DNA of 64,000 bases, taken from the NCBI GenBank assembly GCA_963786955.1, contig CAWBAT010000004.1:480001-544000 (forward strand), written 5' to 3'. The translations under genes and the position numbers were made by a program. The notes under the pieces were generated by a model that saw nothing but the letters and a program-made list of their open reading frames with translations, did no database searches and was not told where the DNA came from. Positions 10,597 through 19,031 of this stretch are shown here, one piece after another (within the stretch, counting starts at the first letter, position 1; each line of letters starts with the position of its first letter). The stretch comes from an uncultured Acidimicrobiia bacterium. GTDB lineage: Bacteria > Acidobacteriota > Terriglobia > Versatilivoradales > Versatilivoraceae.

Positions 10597-12510
10597 ATGC
10601 TCAGCCGCTCCCAGCCACCCCCCTCTGGAGCGAAGCCGGTAGAAGACCGGCTGGGTCAGAAAGAGAAGTCATTCGATCCAGGGCAGAGATCAATTGGTTT
10701 TGAGGTTTCAAGAAACAGAGCGCAAGCCTGGATCTTTATGCTGCTCCTCTTTGCTCTTTCGGCAAACCTCTTTTATCCCGGTGAAATCTTCTTTCAGTCC
10801 AAATATCTGCTGATCAGTGTTGCCCTGCTGGCCGCGCTCTTAGTCTGCATTTGCGAACTCCGCTCCCCCACATATGATGAAATTGAGAAGTATCTCCTCA
10901 TTTCCTTTTTGCCGTTCCTGGCTATTCTTCCTTCCTTTTATTCGACGATCAATGCGCACCGCTCTTTAGAACTTTTTGGGTTGTTTTTCGGCTTTGCTTG
11001 TCTCTTTTTTTATCTGAACGTAGCCATTCCCTCACGATTACAAATATTGCAGGCCATCTTTTTTTTGTGTCTCGTTGCATTCGCGGTCAATCTATATTGC
11101 ATTTATCAATACTTTATTGGCTTGTCGAAACTCAAGAGTTTATTGGCCCATACCGAGTCAATGGATCCAGGTTTCAAGTCAGCGCTTTTGACTCGTGTTT
11201 CATCCGGGCGAGTCTTTGGAAACTTTGCCCTTCCCAATTCCCTGGCGGGGTTTGTCTGTATGATGCTACCTCTGCAATTGTTTCTGGCATACTCAGCCTG
11301 TTCATCATCCAACCCTGTCTGTACTGCGGAGTGGCGGAATTCCGAAGTCCTCTTAAAGAAAATTTCTCAAAATCCATTCATTCGGTTCGCCCTCATACTT
11401 CAAGTTGCATTAGGCCTAGTCGTTCTGATTCTGACCCAGTCATTCGGAGGGTGGCTTTGTCTCCTAGTCTCTCTTGCGTTCCTAAGTCGTTACTGGATCA
11501 AACAACAGAAAATATCCCTTCGCGCAGTACTTCTCCCGTTGATCGTTACCTCATTGGCGATTGGAACTTGGATCTTCTGGGTCTCAAAGCGTCGTGGATT
11601 TGGTTTGCTGAACTTCTCTATTTATGAAAACCCCATTACTCTGCGGTGGCTCAATTTTAAAGTGGCGCTGTCGATATTTCGTGATTTTCCGTGGAGCGGA
11701 GTAGGTCTTGAAAATTACGGGACGATCAATCCTGTTTATCAACAATCGGTTGTAAACGTCACTCAATACACTCACAACACCTTTCTCCAACTTCTTTCAG
11801 AATGTGGGATCCCTTTCTTGGTGTTTAGCCTAATCGTTGCAATTCTTCTCGTCCGGGATTGGCTTCGTTTGAGGCGAGCGAAACAATCGGATCCCGAACA
11901 ACCTGGTCTGTTGCAAATCAGTCTGCTTGTTTCACTTTCGGCCTGGTTGGTTCATAATCTAATTGATATCAACCTATACTTCCCTTCCCTCGGTGGTCTT
12001 GGCATCTTTCTCTTAGCCCTGTATCTCTTGCAGGCCCGGACTGGCAGAAGAATCACTGCTGGTAATTCTAGATTCCCTTCTGTTTTCACCCGAGCCCTTC
12101 TCCTCGCCTTATTCGTCTCAATCATTATCCTGGGAATCTATACTGTCAAAAGCTATTACACGCAAACACTCGCAACGCGGGCAATCGAATACGCAGAGGC
12201 TCATGATTTTCCGAAAGCGGAAGCTTTGTTGGAACGGGCAATTCGCCTTCAAAAGCGAGACGGCAGTCTCATTTTTCTTTACTCGAACCTCATACTCAGG
12301 AACAGCTTAGAAAAAGGTAACCTGAATCAAGCGACATTGCTCAATTTGAAGAAGAACTACCGACAAGCTACTGAATTAGATCCCTATAATTCGGAATATC
12401 ATTTTCAACTCAGCAGGATCCTGACAGCACTTGGTGAAAGCGAACCATCAATTGCGGAGAAGCGGCGAGCTCAGACATTGTCTCCTGGGGAGCCAAGATA
12501 TCAGCATTGA
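10597..12510 (+). CDS. O-antigen ligase (Wzy_C) / O-oligosaccharyltransferase-like membrane protein with C-terminal TPR
   Basis: RVFGNFALPNSLAG, LTQSFGGW, GVGLENY, YTHNTFLQLLSECG; directly upstream of pilins. Confidence 0.8.
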   Translation: MLSRSQPPPSGAKPVEDRLGQKEKSFDPGQRSIGFEVSRNRAQAWIFMLLLFALSANLFYPGEIFFQSKYLLISVALLAALLVCICELRSPTYDEIEKYLLISFLPFLAILPSFYSTINAHRSLELFGLFFGFACLFFYLNVAIPSRLQILQAIFFLCLVAFAVNLYCIYQYFIGLSKLKSLLAHTESMDPGFKSALLTRVSSGRVFGNFALPNSLAGFVCMMLPLQLFLAYSACSSSNPVCTAEWRNSEVLLKKISQNPFIRFALILQVALGLVVLILTQSFGGWLCLLVSLAFLSRYWIKQQKISLRAVLLPLIVTSLAIGTWIFWVSKRRGFGLLNFSIYENPITLRWLNFKVALSIFRDFPWSGVGLENYGTINPVYQQSVVNVTQYTHNTFLQLLSECGIPFLVFSLIVAILLVRDWLRLRRAKQSDPEQPGLLQISLLVSLSAWLVHNLIDINLYFPSLGGLGIFLLALYLLQARTGRRITAGNSRFPSVFTRALLLALFVSIIILGIYTVKSYYTQTLATRAIEYAEAHDFPKAEALLERAIRLQKRDGSLIFLYSNLILRNSLEKGNLNQATLLNLKKNYRQATELDPYNSEYHFQLSRILTALGESEPSIAEKRRAQTLSPGEPRYQH

Positions 12511-12558
12511 ACTCACCGCCCTACCCAGTGAAAGCAACAAAAAACTGTAGTTATTGAT

Positions 12559-12573
12559 TGACAAAATTCGTCA
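12559..12573. promoter_or_regulatory. Palindrome TGAC-N7-GTCA, candidate enhancer site for a PilR-like sigma54 activator
   Basis: tgacaaaattcgtca about 140 bp upstream of the -24/-12 element, with an AT-rich IHF-like tract between. Confidence 0.4.
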
Positions 12574-12713
12574 GCCCGGTGACTTTGTTCCAAAAATCGT
12601 TCGGACACCTCCCAATTAGAGCTAATTTTATCGTTGGCTTAAGTCTATAAAAATAAATAGATTAGCTTAGACTTAAGATCTTTATGGCGACAATTCAAAG
12701 AAAAAATTGAAAT

Positions 12714-12729
12714 CGGCACTCCATCTGCC
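12714..12729 (+). promoter_or_regulatory. Sigma54 (-24/-12) promoter for the pilin cluster
   Basis: cGGCACtccatctGCc: GG-N10-GC spacing exact; pilA genes in Pseudomonas, Myxococcus and Geobacter are sigma54-dependent. Confidence 0.6.
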
Positions 12730-12810
12730 TAATGGTCCATTGAAGCGGAGACGATAAAAATGATTGGCTTTACAACATCGAAACCAAATCAAGTTAAGGG
12801 ATTAAACAAG

Positions 12811-13287
12811 ATGAATGCCATCCAACCCATCCAGAAAGTCGGGCACTCAAGCAAGTCCCGAGGATTTTCCTTGATCGAACTGTTGATCGCGATGGGCTTG
12901 ATTCTCATTATGGCAGCTATCGCCATCCCGAATTATCTGGCTGCGCTTTCAAGAGCAAATGAAGCCTCGGCATCGTCGTCGGTGAGAGCCGTCATCAGCG
13001 CGGAAAATCTATACAGAAATACTTACGGGACTTTCACAAACCTCCAGGATCTGGGCAGTGATTATTTGACTGACAATCGCTTAGCAGTTGGAAGCAAGAG
13101 CGGCTACAGGTTCAATGCAACACCAGGTTCCGGGAATTCTGCCGGACTGCAATTCACGATTGATGGAACGCCGGCCTTATCGATAGGTCCTTCAGCCACC
13201 GGGTTTAGGCATTACTACGCGGATCAATCTGCAGTGATTCGTTTTAGTTTGACAGGGGCGGCCGACTCATCGAGCCCGCCCATTTAG
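12811..13287 (+). CDS. Type IV pilin (divergent copy 1)
   Basis: Class III signal SRG|FSLIELL with E5, AAIAIPNY, KSGY motif; alternative start at 12760. Confidence 0.9.
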   Translation: MNAIQPIQKVGHSSKSRGFSLIELLIAMGLILIMAAIAIPNYLAALSRANEASASSSVRAVISAENLYRNTYGTFTNLQDLGSDYLTDNRLAVGSKSGYRFNATPGSGNSAGLQFTIDGTPALSIGPSATGFRHYYADQSAVIRFSLTGAADSSSPPI

Positions 13288-13350
13288 TGAGCCCATTTCT
13301 TGCGCATCGTGTCCCATTCCAATAACCCAATAAAAAAAGGAGAATTAGAA

Positions 13351-13797
13351 ATGAAGAATAAGAAGAACAAGGGGTTTTCGTTGATCGAGTTGTTAATCGT
13401 TGTGGCAATCATTTTGATCATTGCCGCTATTGCTATCCCGAACCTGTTGAGGGCCAGACGCTCGGCCAACGAAGGATCGGCGACAGCTTCCATGCGAACA
13501 CTGGGTAGTGGTGAACTACTCTATCGTTCCACCAACGGCAACTTCACCAGCCTGACTGGTCTTTCCGGCGACAGCATTATCGATAACGTGCTGGGAAGCG
13601 GAACCAAGAGCGGCTATGTTTTCGCTGCGACTCCGGGGACTTCCACCGACTTACAGTTCACGTCGACCGGGTCTCCGTCGGTTTCGACCGGCGCAACCCA
13701 AACCGGTGCCCGTTTCTTCTTCGTTGACGAGACCCAGGTGGTCCGCTTCAACATCGGCGCAGCCGCTACCTCAGCTTCAGGAGCCATTGGGAACTAG
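13351..13797 (+). CDS. pilA: Type IV major pilin (copy 2)
   Basis: AAGGAG RBS, MKNKKNKG|FSLIELLIVVAIILIIAAIAIPNL. Confidence 0.92.
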   Translation: MKNKKNKGFSLIELLIVVAIILIIAAIAIPNLLRARRSANEGSATASMRTLGSGELLYRSTNGNFTSLTGLSGDSIIDNVLGSGTKSGYVFAATPGTSTDLQFTSTGSPSVSTGATQTGARFFFVDETQVVRFNIGAAATSASGAIGN

Positions 13798-13826
13798 TTC
13801 TAGTCTTTTTGCTAGGCCTGCTGTCT

Positions 13827-13860
13827 CGGGTGGGAGTCTTCTCCCACCCGTTCTCTTTTT
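13827..13860 (+). terminator. Intrinsic terminator after pilin 2
   Basis: cgggtgggag-tctt-ctcccacccg perfect 10-bp stem followed by ttctcttttt. Confidence 0.8.
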
Positions 13861-14053
13861 CTCTTCAAATCTGACTCCGTGTTCATCGGGCCCGGTAAAA
13901 GGAAAGTTTTCCCAATGATTGCGGAAAGAGTACAATGGTATGAATTAACGAAAGCTCACGCTATCATTCATGCCATTCAAAGGGTGGGGACAACTAGTAA
14001 GGACATTTAGATTACAAGTCTGTCAATAAACTTACCCAAAAGGGGGAAATAGA

Positions 14054-14503
14054 ATGCAAGCAACCAAAAATAGTAAAGGATTTTCACTAATTGAGTTGTT
14101 GATTGTTGTGGCGATCATTTTGATCATTGCCGCTATCGCCATTCCGAACTTGTTGAGGGCCCGACGCTCGGCCAACGAAGGATCGGCGACAGCTTCCATG
14201 CGAACACTGGGTAGTGGTGAACTACTCTATCGTTCCACCAACGGCAATTTCACCAGCCTGACTGGTCTTTCCGGCGACAGCATTATCGATAACGTGCTGG
14301 GAAGCGGAACCAAGAGTGGCTATGTTTTCGCTGCGACTCCGGGGACTTCCACCGACTTGCAGTTCACATCGACCGGGTCTCCGTCGGTATCTACTGGTGC
14401 GACCCAAACCGGTGCCCGCTTCTTCTTCGTTGACGAGACCCAGGTGGTCCGCTTCAACATCGGGGCAGCCGCGGATTCAGCGTCAGGAGCCATCGGCAAC
14501 TAG
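14054..14503 (+). CDS. pilA: Type IV major pilin (copy 3; mature protein differs from copy 2 by one residue)
   Basis: MQATKNSKG|FSLIELL; mature sequence identical to copy 2 except AAAT/AAAD near the C-terminus. Confidence 0.92.
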   Translation: MQATKNSKGFSLIELLIVVAIILIIAAIAIPNLLRARRSANEGSATASMRTLGSGELLYRSTNGNFTSLTGLSGDSIIDNVLGSGTKSGYVFAATPGTSTDLQFTSTGSPSVSTGATQTGARFFFVDETQVVRFNIGAAADSASGAIGN

Positions 14504-14510
14504 ATGTTTG

Positions 14511-14557
14511 GGGGGGGAGTTGGATGGAATTAGAACCATCGTGCAACTCCCTCTTTT
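14511..14557 (+). terminator. Probable intrinsic terminator after pilin 3
   Basis: gggagttggatgg...ccatcgtgcaactccc imperfect stem followed by tctttt. Confidence 0.6.
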
Positions 14558-14711
14558 AAACGGGTTGACTCGTGAGTCACTGGTGTGCAGATGGAAATTA
14601 TGTCAGCGCAACGGGATAAGAATTACCGTTAATTTTTGATTCCGCTCCATTCAAGGTTGAGCTTATGATATCGCTAGGACTCCGATCTCTTCAAGTTGTT
14701 GGGGTGGTTTC

Positions 14712-15674
14712 ATGCAGGTTGTCGTCTCGATTAAGGGACTAAGCAAAACCTACACCGCAGGTTTCTGGAAAACGAAGCGGGTTGTTGCCCTTGAAAATCT
14801 GACTTTAGAAGTCCATGAGAACGAGGTATTTGGCTATCTTGGACCGAATGGGGCCGGCAAATCAACGACACTGAAATTATTGATGTCGTTAATCTTTCCC
14901 ACATCAGGCACAGCCGAAATTCTTGGCAAGCCTGTCTCTGAAGTTTCCACACGTCAAGTCATTGGCTACCTTCCCGAAAATCCTTTTTTTTATGAGTATT
15001 TGACTGCCGAGGAATTTCTCTCTTTCTATGCAGGTCTCTTGGGGTTTTCGGCAGCAGAAACTAAAGAGCGTGTCTCATACTACTTGAAACTGACAGATAC
15101 ATTCCATTCTCGCAAGCTTCAATTACGAAAATTCTCGAAAGGCATGATCCAGCGCATTGGAATCGCGCAGGCCTTGATCAACGACCCAAAGGTCATCTTC
15201 TTGGACGAACCGATGTCAGGACTCGATCCTTTGGGGAGACGAGAAGTTAGGGATCTCATTCTCAAGCTAAAAAGCGAAAAAAAAACCATCCTCTTTTCCA
15301 CTCATATCTTGAATGACGTGGAAACACTTTGTGACCGCGTTGCCGTTTTGAGCCGGGGGCAACTCATCGGTTCAGGAAGACTGTCCGATCTAATTTCCAA
15401 AGAAGTAAAGTATATCGAAATCTTAGTTTCTGGAATGAGTTACGAGTTGGCTCGCAGTCTTTTCGATCCGTCTGCCTCGATCAGCGAGAGTGGCTCCATC
15501 CTGCGTTTGGAAGTCAGCCCCGAAACAAATCTCAGTGACATCGTGAGTCCCATTGAGCATGCCCACGGCAAGGTCATTTCCATCAACCCCGTCCGCCAGA
15601 CAATGGAGGATTACTTCTTTACCCTTGTGGGCAAAGGCACGCGGAAAGTACCCATGCACCCTTCCGATCAATGA
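14712..15674 (+). CDS. ABC transporter ATP-binding protein (Myxococcus PilH / Geobacter XapD-like)
   Basis: GPNGAGKST, FSKGM signature, FLDEPMSGLDP, H-loop STH; immediately after pilins. Confidence 0.92.
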   Translation: MQVVVSIKGLSKTYTAGFWKTKRVVALENLTLEVHENEVFGYLGPNGAGKSTTLKLLMSLIFPTSGTAEILGKPVSEVSTRQVIGYLPENPFFYEYLTAEEFLSFYAGLLGFSAAETKERVSYYLKLTDTFHSRKLQLRKFSKGMIQRIGIAQALINDPKVIFLDEPMSGLDPLGRREVRDLILKLKSEKKTILFSTHILNDVETLCDRVAVLSRGQLIGSGRLSDLISKEVKYIEILVSGMSYELARSLFDPSASISESGSILRLEVSPETNLSDIVSPIEHAHGKVISINPVRQTMEDYFFTLVGKGTRKVPMHPSDQ

Positions 15675-15694
15675 TTGAGGTCTGTGATTGAAAG

Positions 15695-16468
15695 ATGAAG
15701 ATTGCTTTAATCTGCAAGAACACATTCAAAGAGTGCTTACGTGACAAAGTCCTTTACAACCTCGTCATCTTCGCTGTCCTGATCATCGCCAGTTCTCTCA
15801 TCTTAAGCTCAATCACGATTGGCGATGTTAAACAGATTATTATCAACCTGGGGCTAAGTACCCTTTCCATATTTGGAGTTTTAATTTCCATTTTCATCGG
15901 TATTCAGCTGGTTCACAAAGAAATCGATAAGAAGACAATCTATAGCCTTCTGGCGAAGCCGGTAGCCCGCTACCAATTCATCCTGGGGAAATACCTTGGA
16001 TTGGTATGCACCTTGGCCGTCAATGTCTCGGTAATGATCTTTGGCATTTACGCCTCCATATTTTATTTGAGACATTCTTTTCAGGTGGGGGACATCCAGA
16101 TCCTGTTTGCCGGGGTCTTGATTTTGATCGAGCTGATGGTAGTCGTCGCTATCGCTTTGTGCTTTTCTACTTTCTCGACCCCCGCACTCTCAGCACTATT
16201 CACCTTTTTTCTATTCGTCATCGGCCATTTCAATACAGACATCAAAGCCTATGGGTTGGCGAGTGGCTCCTTTTCAGTCAAAGTCATTTCCTCGACCATA
16301 TATTACTTGCTGCCGAATTTTGAGAATTTTGATGTGATCTCGTCAACGGCGCATGGCAATTTCATGGCATCCCATTTGTATTTGGAATCGCTTTTCTATG
16401 GGCTGGTTTACTCTTTGGCCGTGGTCCTGATTTCTATCCTCATCTTTGAACGCAGAAATTTTAAATGA
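15695..16468 (+). CDS. ABC-2 type permease (PilI-like)
   Basis: KEIDKKTIYSLLAKPVARYQFILGKYLG; six TM segments. Confidence 0.88.
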   Translation: MKIALICKNTFKECLRDKVLYNLVIFAVLIIASSLILSSITIGDVKQIIINLGLSTLSIFGVLISIFIGIQLVHKEIDKKTIYSLLAKPVARYQFILGKYLGLVCTLAVNVSVMIFGIYASIFYLRHSFQVGDIQILFAGVLILIELMVVVAIALCFSTFSTPALSALFTFFLFVIGHFNTDIKAYGLASGSFSVKVISSTIYYLLPNFENFDVISSTAHGNFMASHLYLESLFYGLVYSLAVVLISILIFERRNFK

Positions 16469-17322
16469 AGCTCATCGCCCTGCTGTTGCTCATCGTTGCC
16501 TGCCTGGGGATCTATTGGTTACAGTCGGCTATAGACCGGCAAACAGGATTCATTCATCATAATGAAGAGGCCCTCTATTGGCCTTCAGGGAAAGTGCTCA
16601 AGGCTCTTTCTCTGGGACATTACGGCTTGATTGCCGACATTTACTGGATGAGGGCGGTTCAGTATTACGGGGGGAAACGCCTCCAAGATGCAAAAGAGTT
16701 TAAATTACTGGAGCCCTTGATTGATATTGCGACAACCCTCGATCCTCAATTACTTCATGCTTATCGTTTTGGATCTATTTTCCTGTCTGAAAAATCACCC
16801 ATTGGAGCACAGCAGCCAGCAAAAGCGATCACTCTGCTTGAAAAGGGGATTCGGTACAATCCAGATGAGTGGCAGCTCTACAGGGATTTGGGATTTGTAT
16901 ACTATTGGTACTTGGAAGATTACAGGAAGGCAGCAGAGTGGTTTCTTGAAGGAAGTAAAAATCCTAAATCTGCCAGATGGATGAAGACATTTGCCGCTGA
17001 ACTTCTCGCCAAAGGGAATAGCCGGGAAACCGCGAAATTCCTCTGGCAGGAGGTTTACGACACTTCCGACAGTGGGCCGCTCAAAAACAATGCGAAGGAA
17101 AATCTCCTGAGATTGCAGGCCCTCGATGAAATCGATATCCTGAAAAGTGTGGTCAGCAAAGTCGAGGAAAAGACAGGAAGAAAAGTGTTATCCATGCAGG
17201 AATTGGTCCAGTTGGGGCTTTTCAAGCAACTGCCACTCGATCCTAAAGGCTTCCCTTATGCTTTCAATCCGGAGACTGGGGAGATCGGGCTTTCGTCAGA
17301 AAGCACCATGAAGCGGTACTAA
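16465..17322 (+). CDS. Membrane-anchored TPR-like protein (Myxococcus PilG-like)
   Basis: N-terminal TM, ADIYWMRAVQYYG, TTLDP, LLEKGIRYNPDEW; ATGA overlap with permease. Confidence 0.65.
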   Translation: MKLIALLLLIVACLGIYWLQSAIDRQTGFIHHNEEALYWPSGKVLKALSLGHYGLIADIYWMRAVQYYGGKRLQDAKEFKLLEPLIDIATTLDPQLLHAYRFGSIFLSEKSPIGAQQPAKAITLLEKGIRYNPDEWQLYRDLGFVYYWYLEDYRKAAEWFLEGSKNPKSARWMKTFAAELLAKGNSRETAKFLWQEVYDTSDSGPLKNNAKENLLRLQALDEIDILKSVVSKVEEKTGRKVLSMQELVQLGLFKQLPLDPKGFPYAFNPETGEIGLSSESTMKRY

Positions 17323-17352
17323 TACAAACGCATTATGTATTGTTACGAATGA

Positions 17353-17382
17353 CCCACGCCTCGCTCAGCTCAACGTGGCTAC
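17353..17382 (-). repeat. GTAG-type REP-like hairpin between convergent genes
   Basis: Minus strand GTAG-CCACGTT-loop-GGCGTGG; shares GTAGCCACG with the copy at 36929-36963. Confidence 0.5.
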
Positions 17383-17419
17383 CAAAGCGGGATTGCAACG
17401 CGAGTTTAATACGTTTGCA

Positions 17420-19030
17420 TTAGTTAATCTCATAAACATAATAGGCATGTCCTACAATGGTGACCGGTTTTTGATGACGTAGCCAGTTGAGTGGGTTTTC
17501 TCCAAATACTTTGTCGAGAACATTCCGGCCACGCGGAATACACTGAGCACTCAGGATAACCAGCCCTCGCGTGGGACGAACAAAAAAATCCATGTCAGTT
17601 ATGCGCCTTCCGGTGATCCCATAGAATTGGGGCCTACCCGTTCCAAAATAACAGTAGGCATAATCTTCAATCCGATGTGATTGTAAATACGCTTTGAGCT
17701 GTTTCAAGCCTTGCCCCCAATCTACATTCGAATTATCCAGCCATTCGATACCGTTCTCTGGTCCTCCCGCAACTTGATTAAAGTAAGATAGATGGTCCGG
17801 CATAATACTTACCCATTCTGTGACTAACCAGAGGAGGCCCGCAATTAATGCTACTCGGAAGGGCCTTCCCATCTCCTGGAGAGACGGGACAAGTCTGGCG
17901 GCAAAAACAAACATGAATGGAAAACATGGAATCAGGTAGCGGATTCCGATGTCGTCGCCGAACAGAGAGTAAAAGATTAGAAATCCAGAAAACGGGACCC
18001 AGAGAAAGGCCTCATCCAATAAACTAGCTCTTCGATGCGCAAGGTAAAGCCCGAATGCAGCAGCGAGGAAGAGAATTATCGGGATGGGCGTCTTCACCAG
18101 CCAAGCAATTACGAGATAGTATTTCCATCCACCTTGTTTGAGTTCTCCCATGAGGTAAAAGTAGGGATTCTTGCCGTGGTCCTGGTTTACGGCTTTGATG
18201 CCTTTCCAATAGAATTGCGGGTCGGCAGGGCAAAAGTAGATGATCCACAAAAACAGAGCCGCCAGGATGCCCATTATTAGTAAAGCGCCCAGGTTCCTCA
18301 GTAGCTTGATAGGAATCAATGGCTTGGTCTCAACCAGCACTTTCCTGGCAGTTTCCAGCCCGGCAGTTGCTGAAGCACTCGAGCTACTTATCATGATCAG
18401 AACTATTGAGATAGGTAGAAGAACGATGGCAGAAAACTTTGCACCCAGAGCCATTCCTAATCCAAGTCCGGCAAGGCAGAGCCGCTTCCAACCGGGGTCC
18501 GAAAGATAACCCCTCAATAAGTACAAATAGAGGGTGGAGAAACAGGCCACCCCAATATCGGTCGTGACGAGCTGGGAGTGAGCTGTAATTGTCGGATCGA
18601 AGGCATACAGAAACAATGCAAAGAGACCTGCTGATTTCCCCCACAGATCCGTCGCCCAGCGCATGATCAGAAGACCCAGCCCGACGGACATCAGCACCGC
18701 CGGCAATCGCCCCCAGAACAAAATCTTGTCAGCATCCTGGGAGAAGAGGAACTCTTCGCCGAAATTCCACTCGCTATCGGGGAAGCTCCCTGGGGTCCTG
18801 ACCCCAATCAAAAGCAGAGGTAACGCGCAAATTTCTTTGATGAAAGGCGGGTGCTGCTGATTATACCGGACGGCATGCTGAATTAGGTAGGAGTACCCGG
18901 AAGGCAAATGAGTCACTTCATCGAACGTGACAGACTTACTCCGCATCAAGACAACCGGAGCCAGAAAGACAAATCCGAGAAGGAGGAGCCGCGCTGCGCT
19001 CGTTCTGGAAAGCTTCGAACGGATCTCCAT
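17420..19030 (-). CDS. ArnT/PMT-like (GT39/GT83-type) GT-C lipid-carrier-dependent glycosyltransferase
   Basis: TFDEVTH...HPP, LVTTD, GAKFSA, IRYLIP, SNVDWGQ; start set at MEIRSK (19030). Confidence 0.82.
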   Translation of the reverse strand: MEIRSKLSRTSAARLLLLGFVFLAPVVLMRSKSVTFDEVTHLPSGYSYLIQHAVRYNQQHPPFIKEICALPLLLIGVRTPGSFPDSEWNFGEEFLFSQDADKILFWGRLPAVLMSVGLGLLIMRWATDLWGKSAGLFALFLYAFDPTITAHSQLVTTDIGVACFSTLYLYLLRGYLSDPGWKRLCLAGLGLGMALGAKFSAIVLLPISIVLIMISSSSASATAGLETARKVLVETKPLIPIKLLRNLGALLIMGILAALFLWIIYFCPADPQFYWKGIKAVNQDHGKNPYFYLMGELKQGGWKYYLVIAWLVKTPIPIILFLAAAFGLYLAHRRASLLDEAFLWVPFSGFLIFYSLFGDDIGIRYLIPCFPFMFVFAARLVPSLQEMGRPFRVALIAGLLWLVTEWVSIMPDHLSYFNQVAGGPENGIEWLDNSNVDWGQGLKQLKAYLQSHRIEDYAYCYFGTGRPQFYGITGRRITDMDFFVRPTRGLVILSAQCIPRGRNVLDKVFGENPLNWLRHQKPVTIVGHAYYVYEIN

Positions 19031-19031
19031 T

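Noticed and set aside
13351-14503. Electrically conductive (e-pili) pilins
   Set aside because: Full-length pilins with about 10 aromatic residues in 140 by hand count and a long aromatic-free stretch after F1; they do not fit the short aromatic-rich type
12811-14503. Silent-cassette antigenic variation (pilS-like) or a diversity-generating retroelement
   Set aside because: All copies are complete genes, the differences are almost all synonymous and not adenine-specific, and no reverse transcriptase is present
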